DNA of 43,766 nucleotides. Origin: a virus (lineage: Duplodnaviria; Caudoviricetes). Of the stretch, positions 26,601-34,703 are shown piece by piece (position 1 is the stretch's first letter; each line of letters begins with the position of its first letter). The DNA lies in IMG/VR virus record IMGVR_UViG_3300010362_000037, positions 1 to 43,766 of that record; one strand, 5' to 3'. The translations under genes and the position numbers were made by a program. A model generated the notes under the pieces. The model was not told where the DNA came from. It saw only the letters and a program-made list of their open reading frames with translations, and ran no database searches.

Positions 26601-27027
26601 GATCGAATCGGTGAAGGCCGACCTCCCGAACCTGATTGACAGCAAGGGTCGGCAGCTACCGTCGCCTACCCATACTGCAATAGAGGTTCCATACGAGCGC
26701 GGCGAAGACATCGAGGTCGTTTGGATAGGAGTAGCCGTCCACAAGAACCTGCGAGACATCTTCGAGGTCAACCGCGCCCGTACCGGCGAGGAGCTAGACC
26801 CGGCGACGGTTAGGAATCCAGAACTCAACGAGTGGATGCTCATGGCCGGGTACGACGGTACCGATCTACTCAGCATCCGTATCGACCGCTTCAAGTATCC
26901 AGAGTTGAAGGAGAAGCTCTGGCAGATCGCGCTCAATGAGGATGTCATCCTCGTGCGCGGTGTAAAGCCCAGTTGGCGGGCGGCACGCGAAGTGCGAGTC
27001 AGCGACATCTGGGCCCTACAACCATGA
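23602..27027 (+). CDS. dnaE: DNA polymerase III alpha subunit (DnaE-like)
   Basis: PHP HHHSTYSFLDG, GPARGSAAASL, FERF, PDIDLDF, HAAGV, GIFQF, YQEQI, YAFNAAHS. Confidence 0.97.
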   Translation: MIQRGESPGKAKLGFSGRIQRGESPDHAKLDAHGRLIHEHDKTPALVLKERKTRNNPRLTRPLRFVSLHHHSTYSFLDGFALPKAHVRRITELNGSALALTEHGSVMSHAKFEQAAKEESIKPIFGIELYTGEIDQERRAQLKNHLTILAKNQEGYRNILQLVTRSYKEGFYYEPTVSGKMLTEHRAGLVVLSGCTGSLLYTSLMGGKGIEPESASYRRALGVAQRFRRAFGDAYFIEVQAFPELEGTRQANPQLARIAQELSIPLVATLDCHYTMPTEKELQKVLHALRSGGRSTPEDLAKSWGYSAELCPPATDLSILNKLIATGLTRQEAINAILMTEEIAADCTVELPRLPMVRYEDPQGTDSKEVFREWIREGWHERGVERLSLAERRHYGRRLRYEMGIIEEKDFVDYFLIVADAVKFAKYNDIGVGPARGSAAASLVCWLLRITEVNPMLFPHLVFERFIDITRLDLPDIDLDFESTRRGEIVDYLVVEYGRECVSQIGTFMTFKSKSALDDVAKVHRIPKYEVDKIKDVLLERSSGDLRASATIEDTIEQFEQAAAVVKEHPKIMDATKLEGNVKTFGTHAAGVAISNRPITEITAILEREVKKKKVQVVAIDKYDAEYLGVLKIDLLGLSALDALVNMCRDLSKPVSFLYDIPIEDEKTIEGFRRNDVVGIFQFEGRACRMVNGSIRPDNFNEVCHVTALARPGPLHNGAVADYVDIKRGEKQPHLRHPALEHITGFTQFQIVYQEQILQIVREIGNFDWTHAAYIRKIISRKLGDQEFNRQWERFWEGAATIHERTSYPPIDHEMARSIWGDLTTSGSYAFNAAHSVSYGYIAWWTMWFKQHHPDVFYKAMLHRADKKTAQGGGAGGSANAKATVTSKAKLDGQVIMLRDAIQHGFRIMPYDLRRSGMTWQREGRRRLRPGFDQIAGVGESMAQRIIDWREEKLKEPLGWRGIGWSSLIEVKGIGPKTIDKLVAYATSEDPFGITKLDKMIESVKADLPNLIDSKGRQLPSPTHTAIEVPYERGEDIEVVWIGVAVHKNLRDIFEVNRARTGEELDPATVRNPELNEWMLMAGYDGTDLLSIRIDRFKYPELKEKLWQIALNEDVILVRGVKPSWRAAREVRVSDIWALQP

Positions 27028-27040
27028 TGAGAGGAGGGAC

Positions 27041-27127
27041 ATGCTCAAGGAGACCACGGAGCCGCAGCCGGAAGGCGGTGACGACACCGAAGGCGGTGAC
27101 GGCGACAACGGCGGCGACGAGGAGTGA
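27041..27127 (+). CDS. 28-aa acidic peptide MLKETTEPQPEGGDDTEGGDGDNGGDEE
   Basis: Strong SD GAGGAGGG before ATG 27041. Confidence 0.5.
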   Translation: MLKETTEPQPEGGDDTEGGDGDNGGDEE

Positions 27128-27258
27128 GCGAAATGGGATGCATGGCAATAGGGTTAATATGTTTGGCCGAGGCGCGCGTAGTAGGCCATTCGGGGCCATG
27201 CTGGGACGGCCTGAGGCTGTCGTCCTGACTTCCGTAATCGACCAAGGAGGCGAGCATA

Positions 27259-27609
27259 GTGCGCAAGCTGAGTGTACTAAGCGCCGTTCTAGCTCTCGGC
27301 GCGACATCTTCAGCCCAGGCAGAGAAAGTAAGCACGACCGCGCACAACTGGTGGAGCATGGTAAGGAACTGCGAATCCAAGGGTGTCTCTGACATGTGGT
27401 ACACCAATACTGGCAACGGGTATTACTTCGGGCCGCAGTTCACTCCACGAACATGGCACACTTACGGCGGTGGGCCAGTCCGAGAAATGGGAGACAAAGG
27501 AGGCAGGCCGATGCACGGCTACTCAATAAGTTACATCATCGGAGTGGCCGAGCGAACCTTACGCGGGCAAGGATTTATGGCTTGGCCCAACTGCTACGGG
27601 TATCTTTAA
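27259..27609 (+). CDS. rpf: Secreted resuscitation-promoting factor (Rpf)-like transglycosylase
   Basis: Signal peptide ending AQA; CES, NTGNGYYFGPQF..TW..YGG, VAER...QG..AWPNC. Confidence 0.9.
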   Translation: MRKLSVLSAVLALGATSSAQAEKVSTTAHNWWSMVRNCESKGVSDMWYTNTGNGYYFGPQFTPRTWHTYGGGPVREMGDKGGRPMHGYSISYIIGVAERTLRGQGFMAWPNCYGYL

Positions 27610-27628
27610 ACAACAAGTAGGAGGGAGC

Positions 27629-28000
27629 ATGGAAAAGATCCGCATGCGTGAACTGGTCAGCGAGACATCAGCAGAGACTGGCATCTCTACGCGGGACATC
27701 CGCGAGATCGTCAATGCGTTCTTCGAGACCGTCGCCGACGAGCTGGGCAAGGGCAACGAAGTCACGATCAGCCCTTATGTCAAGTTCGCGCACACGTACG
27801 TGTCGCCGGTCAAGAAGGGCACGATGGTGCGTAACCCGCTCAGCGGAACTACGCAACCGTCTGCTGGTCGTCCTGCGAAGATTCGGATTCGCGCAAGGGC
27901 ACTAAAGGGTCTGCAAAGTATGGCGCCCGGGCCTACCTCTAAGGCCGGCAAGCCCATAGCCGATGCTGCCAAAGCGAAGCGGGCGGCGAGAGCAGCATGA
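27629..28000 (+). CDS. HU/IHF-family DNA-binding protein
   Basis: ELVSETSAETGIS...DELGKGNEVTI...VRNPLSG; basic tail. Confidence 0.88.
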   Translation: MEKIRMRELVSETSAETGISTRDIREIVNAFFETVADELGKGNEVTISPYVKFAHTYVSPVKKGTMVRNPLSGTTQPSAGRPAKIRIRARALKGLQSMAPGPTSKAGKPIADAAKAKRAARAA

Positions 28001-28956
28001 GTTGGATCCCTCGTTATCCGGGAATGTACAAAGCGTCGCGGCAATGGGGTGACCAGAAAGAATCACCGCTGCTCCGTGACGTAGCGTTCAACCGTCACTC
28101 GATGAACGATGGTCATCACGTATCGCCCGCAGACAACGACACCATCCAGGTAGGCGACGACGGAATCACCGTCAAACTCGTCCAGGGACTGAACCCCGAG
28201 TTCACGAAGGTGTTGTCGAAGGCGACCCGCGCGACCATCGGTATCAACTTGTACGGGCCGGATGAGGACACGAGGGACTGGGAAGAAATGCTCCGGGGCG
28301 GTCTACAAACCGCCCTGGAGTCCCAGGTCATCGTGTTCGAGGTATCTGGTGTATCTCGAGCCTGTACACATCAGATCGTCCGAACGCGCAAGGCGGCGTA
28401 CCACCAACAGTCGATGCGGGCGAGCTACTACGGCAGCGGGCCGGAACAGCGAATGCCCGAATCAATCTGGAACGCTCCTGATGACGTCCGTCAGGTCTGG
28501 TGCGAGGCAGTCGAGAAGTGCAGACAGGCGTACATAGCTGCGACGCAGGCCGACGTAAGTTATCAGGACGCGCGCTACATTCTCCCCGAAGGCACGACGA
28601 ACTACATTATGATGGAGTACCCGCTCCGGGAGTTCATCAATGTCTACGCCTATCGGGGCTGCTCGATGTTCCAATGGGAGATCGTCAGCGTCATGAGGAT
28701 GGCTCGCGACATCCTCGTCGGCAAATATCCGTTCCTGAATCGGTACGTCAAGATCAGTTGTGAGAAGACCGGGGTGGCTATAGACTCCAAGGAGTACATC
28801 GCGGAGCACCCACAGGCTACCGACGAGGCAATGGATGCAATCCAGCATCAATGTACGTTCCAGGGGTGGGAGAACGTCGAAGGCCAATGCCCGTTCCCCT
28901 GGGCGCGAGAGAGCAACCGGCAGTTCCGCTCGGAGTTCCACAGGATCGAGAAATGA
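27997..28956 (+). CDS. thyX: ThyX-like flavin-dependent thymidylate synthase with atypical motif
   Basis: FEVSGVSRACTHQIVRTR...QQSMR, QDARYILP, QWEI. Confidence 0.82.
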   Translation: MSWIPRYPGMYKASRQWGDQKESPLLRDVAFNRHSMNDGHHVSPADNDTIQVGDDGITVKLVQGLNPEFTKVLSKATRATIGINLYGPDEDTRDWEEMLRGGLQTALESQVIVFEVSGVSRACTHQIVRTRKAAYHQQSMRASYYGSGPEQRMPESIWNAPDDVRQVWCEAVEKCRQAYIAATQADVSYQDARYILPEGTTNYIMMEYPLREFINVYAYRGCSMFQWEIVSVMRMARDILVGKYPFLNRYVKISCEKTGVAIDSKEYIAEHPQATDEAMDAIQHQCTFQGWENVEGQCPFPWARESNRQFRSEFHRIEK

Positions 28957-29123
28957 ACGAGAAGCCGAGGCACGAGACCGACGTCATCGTGACGACGTTG
29001 TTCGGTACCCACTATCAGGCGGAATGTAAGACCTGCAAGTGGCTCGCACCGAAGAGTCATACGAATCGGCGCGCAGCCGAGAACGATGCCCGGCGGCACC
29101 GGGTGGAGGAACAGAACAAGTGA
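28953..29123 (+). CDS. Small zinc-finger-like protein
   Basis: CKTCKW...ARRH; ATGA overlap. Confidence 0.6.
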   Translation: MNEKPRHETDVIVTTLFGTHYQAECKTCKWLAPKSHTNRRAAENDARRHRVEEQNK

Positions 29124-29434
29124 GTTACGAGCCGTACCACAAGACCACGATTGATTGCAACAAGATCCGTCCCCACGTTAAGGAGCTGGTTGACCGGTGC
29201 GGCGGCTACAAGGCGGCGGCAGAGTATTCGCTCGTGGGGGCGAATACTCTCCGTCGCATCATGCACGGCGTCAACTGTTCGGTTCAGCAGGAGACCGCGC
29301 GCCGAGTGCTAATGGCGCTTGAACACCGACGCCAGGAGGATCGTCAGAATCACCGCGTACACGAACGTCTCTTGAAGGCGCGTCAGAAGCAAGCCCAGCT
29401 CGAAGACCGTCAGGAAAGGCTGGTGGGGTATTGA
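29120..29434 (+). CDS. HTH DNA-binding protein
   Basis: GGYKAAAEYSLVGANTLRRIMHG; GTG start after GGAGG. Confidence 0.7.
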   Translation: MSYEPYHKTTIDCNKIRPHVKELVDRCGGYKAAAEYSLVGANTLRRIMHGVNCSVQQETARRVLMALEHRRQEDRQNHRVHERLLKARQKQAQLEDRQERLVGY

Positions 29435-29622
29435 GACTAGGAGAGAAAACAAGACCATATACGCTCTTTGCCTGTCTCACGGCCGATTGCGTAGTGGCGA
29501 CGTTCTACAAGCAGAACACGTGCCCGCTCTGCGGCACTCCGGGCCGGATCTTGCGCACCAACGACTTCGAACGGGGCGCTCCGCTTAGGCCGGGAGAGGG
29601 ACAGGCCCATGTCACGCAGTGA
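29431..29622 (+). CDS. Small zinc-ribbon protein
   Basis: CLTADC...CPLCG. Confidence 0.55.
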   Translation: MRLGEKTRPYTLFACLTADCVVATFYKQNTCPLCGTPGRILRTNDFERGAPLRPGEGQAHVTQ

Positions 29623-30181
29623 CAGGGCCGGACAGACGAAGAAACGTACCGATGCGGGGAATCCTCCTCCCGAGGTCTCCGAAGACGTGTCCGCCACTCC
29701 TAGAGGCTTGAATACGAACGTACGTTCGGAGTTTCTCGACCAATACTGGGATTCGGCTCTACAACTGCCTCGGAACCTCGACATACCGGCTATGGAGGAT
29801 CAGCAGCGCGGTCGCCTAGTCTCGGCGCTCGCGCTTGTATTTGTAGCCGGTTCGATCTCGCGGCGGCTTGGATCCGAGGCCGACGATGAGGAGCTGGCTC
29901 TGGACAAAAAGAGAGCGAAGCGAGTGAACCATGCGCTGCGTCAATCGCTCGGTTCTTGGATCCGGAAACTCCCGCCCATAGAGGTCGATGACAAGACCAG
30001 GCAGGAAGGCGCGCAGCTCGACTGGGTTCTGTTCGTCGAGGCCCACATCACCCAACTCAAGTCAGAGATCCGGTTCGTAGCTAGCTGGGCGATTAAGAAC
30101 GACGAGATCAAGTGGGGCAAGAGCGCGGTCGTGAAGCTCGAGAATGAGATCCGCTGGCTGACCTACGCTATGAGGGATTAG
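29609..30181 (+). CDS. Hypothetical protein
   Basis: Last + strand gene; converges on the minus-strand late operon. Confidence 0.7.
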   Translation: MSRSDRAGQTKKRTDAGNPPPEVSEDVSATPRGLNTNVRSEFLDQYWDSALQLPRNLDIPAMEDQQRGRLVSALALVFVAGSISRRLGSEADDEELALDKKRAKRVNHALRQSLGSWIRKLPPIEVDDKTRQEGAQLDWVLFVEAHITQLKSEIRFVASWAIKNDEIKWGKSAVVKLENEIRWLTYAMRD

Positions 30182-30356
30182 GCCAGGTGCCCGTCTGCTC
30201 CTCGGACGGATAGACCTTTGTGCCGTCAGGCGGTTCGAACTCTTGCTCTTCAAGCGGTAGGCCGTTCGGGTAGACCGCATTGAGCCAGAGACCCCAGCAG
30301 AATGTTGCCATGGTGCAGAGGATCGCGACGACGGCAACGATAGACCAGGGTGTCAC
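30168..30356 (-). CDS. Small membrane protein
   Basis: GTG 30356 overlaps previous stop; N-terminal TM helix. Confidence 0.6.
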   Translation of the reverse strand: MTPWSIVAVVAILCTMATFCWGLWLNAVYPNGLPLEEQEFEPPDGTKVYPSEEQTGTWPNPS

Positions 30357-30691
30357 GGATTCTTCACGCAGGTGTAGATCGTCGTCTGTCCGCCTGGTGC
30401 GTTGAAGAGTACGGCCTTGAACGTCGAGCCGGTCGGGCAACTCTCCGCGCCGGGTGTACCGGGATCTCCCTTGGGCCCTGCCGGGCCTGCCGGCCCCGCT
30501 GGCCCTGCCGGCCCTGGTACGGTGCTGGTACCGACATCGACCGTAGTTGTCTCCGTTGGAGCCTGCGAGCCGACGCCAAGTGCCACTGCTGCGAAGACTC
30601 CCGATGCTGCTGCCAAAACCAAAGCGCCCACCGACCCGAGTACAGTCGTAGGGCCGAGCGATTTCAAGAACTCATAGAATCGTTTTATCAT
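30353..30691 (-). CDS. Membrane-anchored collagen-like protein
   Basis: TM segment followed by (GPA)4-GPK-GDP-GTP repeats. Confidence 0.8.
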   Translation of the reverse strand: MIKRFYEFLKSLGPTTVLGSVGALVLAAASGVFAAVALGVGSQAPTETTTVDVGTSTVPGPAGPAGPAGPAGPKGDPGTPGAESCPTGSTFKAVLFNAPGGQTTIYTCVKNP

Positions 30692-30912
30692 CCGTCAGCC
30701 GCCTTCTTCTTGATTTCGGTGATGTTGTTCCGAAGCTCGTACTTGGTACCGATCTTGAATGCATCCTTGAGTTCTTCGATTCGTTGACTGCAATCGGCCT
30801 CACCCTTCGCCTTTGACTTTCTCAGAGTGAGCAGTACTGCGATGATGCTCGCCATCCCGGTGAGGAATGCGCCCCAGGCCGCTGGATCGGTTGGGAATAT
30901 GAATGCAAGCAC
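30688..30912 (-). CDS. Single-TM membrane protein of the lysis region
   Basis: WGAFLTGMASIIAVLLTL then charged tail; GTG start. Confidence 0.65.
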   Translation of the reverse strand: MLAFIFPTDPAAWGAFLTGMASIIAVLLTLRKSKAKGEADCSQRIEELKDAFKIGTKYELRNNITEIKKKAADG

Positions 30913-30919
30913 GTCACGT

Positions 30920-31162
30920 CTAGTAGTTAGGCTCTGATGGCGTTGTCTCGGTCGTAGGTGTCGGCTCTGGTGACGGTGTTCCGGGAATGATGTTCGGGAT
31001 TGTGAAGACCGCGCCGCCACCGACGAGCAGAGCTATGATTGCGGTCAGGATCTCAGTCCAAGATAGACCGCCGTTTTGTAGTCCAGCGATCAAAGCGGAG
31101 AGGAAAGAAACAACAGCCCCGGTGATCGCTTTGTAGAATGGCGCAAACTTCTCGACGTTCAT
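30920..31162 (-). CDS. Holin-like two-TM protein
   Basis: YKAITGAVV...GLSWTEILTAIIALL..GAVFTIPN, typical actinophage holin pattern. Confidence 0.75.
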   Translation of the reverse strand: MNVEKFAPFYKAITGAVVSFLSALIAGLQNGGLSWTEILTAIIALLVGGGAVFTIPNIIPGTPSPEPTPTTETTPSEPNY

Positions 31163-31299
31163 GCCCCCTCCTCGCTTTCCTCTTCAGCTACTTGCACCAA
31201 CCGTTCTAGCGCATCTACAACTCGCTCTAACTCCGACGTAAGTTTATCGAATCGCTCTAGCAGCAAACTGAGCATCTGCGTGAATGCTTCCTCGGTCAC
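31159..31299 (-). CDS. 46-aa coiled-coil hypothetical protein
   Basis: MTEEAFTQMLSLLLERFDKLTSELERVVDALERL...; overlaps both neighbours. Confidence 0.6.
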   Translation of the reverse strand: MTEEAFTQMLSLLLERFDKLTSELERVVDALERLVQVAEEESEEGA

Positions 31300-32318
31300 G
31301 ATGCGTACTTCGGAGTGAAGTCATAGTAGACCCGGACGAGCCAGGTGATCGCAGCATCCTGCGCGTCTCCCCATCGCTCGACCCACATGTAGTTGCCGCC
31401 ACCGATCCCGAAGTACGGGCCATAGTTGTCCGTTTCGCCCTGCTGCGAGCTGATCTGCTGGTCTGGGCCGGTCGGGTAGCGTGCTCCGTTCAGCCAGAGG
31501 CCAAGGTGCTGGTACGCCCCGGCTCGCGGCGATTCCATCTGGTGGCAGTACATGCGCGCTCGCATGTTGTAGTAGGTCGGATTCGGATTGCCTGGCAGGT
31601 TACGAGGGTTGGCATCCATGTAGCCACCCTCGGGATTGAAGTTCGGATAGAAGTCAATCGTCCAGCGATCTACGCCGCCGTCACTATGGACAAAGCTACC
31701 CATGTCAACGTAACTCCCGCCCGGAGGCTGATTATTGACGTAGAAGGCGCTCGAGATCTGAGTCTGGTTGTTCGACGTATCAGTGATCATACAGTAGATC
31801 GTATGCCAACCGACGCCAAGATTGTGCGTGTCGTAGCTCCATTGGTACGGCGAGCCGATGCCGCCCGTCCAGCCGCCGCCATCAATGTTGAACTGGACGT
31901 AGGCGACGGCAACGTCGTCGCTGGGCGAAGCTCCGAACGTGATCGTGTCGTAGACCGTCGCGCCGTTCGCAGGCGAGTAGATGCTGCCGCTCGGAGGATG
32001 CTGGTCGGTCGCGCTGAAGGTAACGGTCGCGGACTGCTGCGTGTTGCCAAGCCGGTCACGAGCGATTGCGTAGACAGAATGAGTGCCCGTCGAGAGCGAC
32101 GCAGTATTGAGCGGAATCGAGAATGGCGAGGCGACATCCTCCGCTCCGAACGGCGCTCCATCGACATAGAACTGAACTCCGACGATCTGATCATTATCAG
32201 ACGCACTCGCCGAGAGAGTGATCGTTCCGGTCTGACTGCTGCCTTGACCCGGGTTCGAGATCGAGACCGTCGGCTTGACCCGGTCGGTGATGAGAACTCC
32301 GATGGGAACTGGATTCAC
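31296..32318 (-). CDS. Tail fibre/receptor-binding protein with two bacterial Ig-like domains
   Basis: Two PTVSI.NP...ASASD...VQF.VDG...PF/PY...G.H.V/IY repeats; start reassigned to GTG 32318. Confidence 0.8.
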   Translation of the reverse strand: MNPVPIGVLITDRVKPTVSISNPGQGSSQTGTITLSASASDNDQIVGVQFYVDGAPFGAEDVASPFSIPLNTASLSTGTHSVYAIARDRLGNTQQSATVTFSATDQHPPSGSIYSPANGATVYDTITFGASPSDDVAVAYVQFNIDGGGWTGGIGSPYQWSYDTHNLGVGWHTIYCMITDTSNNQTQISSAFYVNNQPPGGSYVDMGSFVHSDGGVDRWTIDFYPNFNPEGGYMDANPRNLPGNPNPTYYNMRARMYCHQMESPRAGAYQHLGLWLNGARYPTGPDQQISSQQGETDNYGPYFGIGGGNYMWVERWGDAQDAAITWLVRVYYDFTPKYAS

Positions 32319-32872
32319 GGTACCAGGTTTCCTGCCGCCCACCACTCGTCGGTCGCACGCTTGATGACCGAAGCCATCGCGTACTGACCGGCTAGCTTCA
32401 GGTTATTGTTGTAGGAGCGGATCGTGACTCCACCGGCCGCTGCGATACTCGTCTGCCCAGCTCCGAGCTGAGCGAGGTTGACCGTTGTTCCGATGGCGAA
32501 GCCGACGCCTGTATTCGTCGGAATCGTAATGGTGTTGGCGCTGGCGACGTTCATCTCGACCGTCTTGGTTGAGTCGGCGAGCGCGAGCGTGTAGTTGGCG
32601 GTCTGCGTATTCGGAACAGAGAGCTGCGGCGTCTGTACCTGACGCCAAGTAGTCCCGTCGTCGTACCACATCAGGGCCGTATCGGTCGCCCACCAGAACT
32701 TGCCGCCGCCGCTCTGATGAGGAGCCGCTTGCCGCGCCGCGTCGGTACCCTGCTGGAAAAGAACGTCAGCGTCAGCAGCGAGCGCGACGGTACTGATGTG
32801 AAGCGAGATGTCTGCGCGGTCACTCCGATCCGGGTTGGGATATGAGATCCCGCGTCTGGTTGTAGTGAGCAT
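32315..32872 (-). CDS. Tail fibre-associated protein
   Basis: TQTANYTLALAD...QLGAGQ...LIK-like C-terminus W..AGNL; follows baseplate genes. Confidence 0.7.
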   Translation of the reverse strand: MLTTTRRGISYPNPDRSDRADISLHISTVALAADADVLFQQGTDAARQAAPHQSGGGKFWWATDTALMWYDDGTTWRQVQTPQLSVPNTQTANYTLALADSTKTVEMNVASANTITIPTNTGVGFAIGTTVNLAQLGAGQTSIAAAGGVTIRSYNNNLKLAGQYAMASVIKRATDEWWAAGNLVP

Positions 32873-32880
32873 ATCCCTCC

Positions 32881-33507
32881 CTAGTGGATGTCCGCGTAGG
32901 TCTGGAAGTTCGTGTACATGTAGTTGTACGTCCAGGTAGCGTTATAGATCTGCGCGTACGTCACCGACGGCGGCGAGCCGGGGTTGACCGTCAGCGTCCA
33001 TTGCAGACCGGCAGGCTTCGCGTATTGGTTCACGTAAGCTTGGAGCGCGACCGTAGACGCCGGAGCTTCTGAAGCCCAGATCGCTACGTTGAAGTGATAC
33101 GGGCTGCTATCTCGCTCCGAGAGCTGAACCGTAGCCGTCCCGGTCAGAAAGAGGCGCACGGCCGCGATGATTGACGCTGGCGTACCGCGTTGCCAGGAAA
33201 CTTTGTCGCGGATCTGTTGCCGCTTCTGGTCGCTCGTGATACCAGTATAGAACTGCGATCCGAGGAACTGGCCCAGCCAGTCGAGACCGGCATCGGGGAT
33301 CCTGTTGATGTCGAGAACGATGCTCCAACCCGGATCGCCGTTGATGCTATCCTCGACCAGATCGGCTCCATCTTGAAACATCTCTCCGAGTGCATTGACA
33401 AGAGCGAGCAGAGGCCAGCCGAGCGCAGCGTCAGGGCCGGCAAGCGGCGAGACCGAGAGATAGATCCGCTCCGTGACGTCTTTGATCGGCCAGCCGTAGC
33501 TACTCAC
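32881..33507 (-). CDS. Baseplate tail protein (P2 gpI-like)
   Basis: LDWLGQFLG...RGTPASI...KPAG; follows J-like gene. Confidence 0.8.
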   Translation of the reverse strand: MSSYGWPIKDVTERIYLSVSPLAGPDAALGWPLLALVNALGEMFQDGADLVEDSINGDPGWSIVLDINRIPDAGLDWLGQFLGSQFYTGITSDQKRQQIRDKVSWQRGTPASIIAAVRLFLTGTATVQLSERDSSPYHFNVAIWASEAPASTVALQAYVNQYAKPAGLQWTLTVNPGSPPSVTYAQIYNATWTYNYMYTNFQTYADIH

Positions 33508-34703
33508 GGAGTCGCCGTCCCAGTGATAGTGTTCGGCTTCGTCAGCGGCGCAGCCCCGGGCAGAGTGATATCAGCAGTGCCGAGCGTGTTACCCTGAATC
33601 GCCATCGTCATCGAGATCACATAGTTGACGCCCTCGGTGTTTCCGAGTACCTGGATCAACTTGTTGTAGAGAAGCTGCGTCGTCTGTACCCAGGTCTGAA
33701 GTCGAGCGGACGAGTCGAGCACCGATGGATCCTGGCCCCAGTTCGCGGACGAGAGGTAGTTGTTGACCTGCGCGTCGGCGTTCGTCTTGACGACCGCAGT
33801 GGTATAGCCGGTGAGACATTTGACGTTATAGGTGACGTTAATCAAGCTGACCGTCGGGTCGAAGACGTTGACGACGAAGTTGGTCTCGCGAAGGCCGTCC
33901 AGGTATGTCTGCAGGTTCGTCTTGATCCCAGCCGAGATCGGGACACCAGCCGAGTCTACCGCCGCGATGCCGAGGTACCTCTCATTGTTGTACGTCTGGT
34001 TCGAGGAGTTGTAGCCGTCGAGCGCGAGGCTGCGATAGACGCCGGCAACGTCAAGTGCCGCTAGCGAGTAGTCGGCGGCCAGGACTGGACGCTGCGACAA
34101 GCGTTGTAGCTTGCGCGCGAGCCGGTCACTGTACTCACTCGAAAGCTCCGGATCTCCACCGCCAGCTGTCGGGCCGGTGAGCACTACTGAGCTGACGTAG
34201 GCGAGCGTGTCAATCAGAGTAGCTGCGTAACCCGCACCGCCGAGATTGTTAAGGGATGCTCCAACTTCTACCGACTGCAAAGTGATTCCGCCCGCAGCGG
34301 TCGCGGTCGAGCCAGCCGGGATGACGACGTCAGCGGTCGATTCGAAGCCATGCTCAACGCCAGCACTGTCGCGAATCGAGACCTGAGTACCGGCGGGGAT
34401 CGTATGACCAAGGCTATCCGACATCGTCCAGGTCGAGCCAACGAGCGCCGATGCGCCGTCGTTCGGCGGAATCCCGACGATGGATGAACCGTAGTACTGG
34501 AAGATGGATTCGGGAACGTTGTTCGCAAGACTGAGAAGATCCGCCGCCTGCGCCGCCGTCGCTTGCATGATCCAGACATCGAGGTTGGCATCGTTCTGCT
34601 GCCAGTTCGGAGACTTGCTCTTGATGAGCTGGTAGGCTTCATCCAGCAGCTCAGTCGAATCGACCTCAATCGGGTACAGGATGTAGCCAGAAGGCGTACT
34701 CAT
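33504..34703 (-). CDS. Baseplate J-like protein
   Basis: IPAGT, GGGDPE...Y..RL, DY...A..VAGV. Confidence 0.88.
   Translation of the reverse strand: MSTPSGYILYPIEVDSTELLDEAYQLIKSKSPNWQQNDANLDVWIMQATAAQAADLLSLANNVPESIFQYYGSSIVGIPPNDGASALVGSTWTMSDSLGHTIPAGTQVSIRDSAGVEHGFESTADVVIPAGSTATAAGGITLQSVEVGASLNNLGGAGYAATLIDTLAYVSSVVLTGPTAGGGDPELSSEYSDRLARKLQRLSQRPVLAADYSLAALDVAGVYRSLALDGYNSSNQTYNNERYLGIAAVDSAGVPISAGIKTNLQTYLDGLRETNFVVNVFDPTVSLINVTYNVKCLTGYTTAVVKTNADAQVNNYLSSANWGQDPSVLDSSARLQTWVQTTQLLYNKLIQVLGNTEGVNYVISMTMAIQGNTLGTADITLPGAAPLTKPNTITGTATP

Noticed and set aside
23602-27027. Intein or intron in dnaE
   Set aside because: 1141 aa is normal length, the motifs are contiguous, and no intein ends or LAGLIDADG motifs are visible
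27041-27127. Pup/UBact-like modifier
   Set aside because: Ends in GGDEE, not GGE/GGQ, and is far shorter than Pup
30470-30515. GC-rich 9-nt tandem repeat as a regulatory element
   Set aside because: Explained by Gly-Pro-Ala collagen codons of the minus-strand gene
31296-32318. Diversity-generating retroelement target
   Set aside because: No reverse transcriptase or adenine-variant template repeat seen in the window
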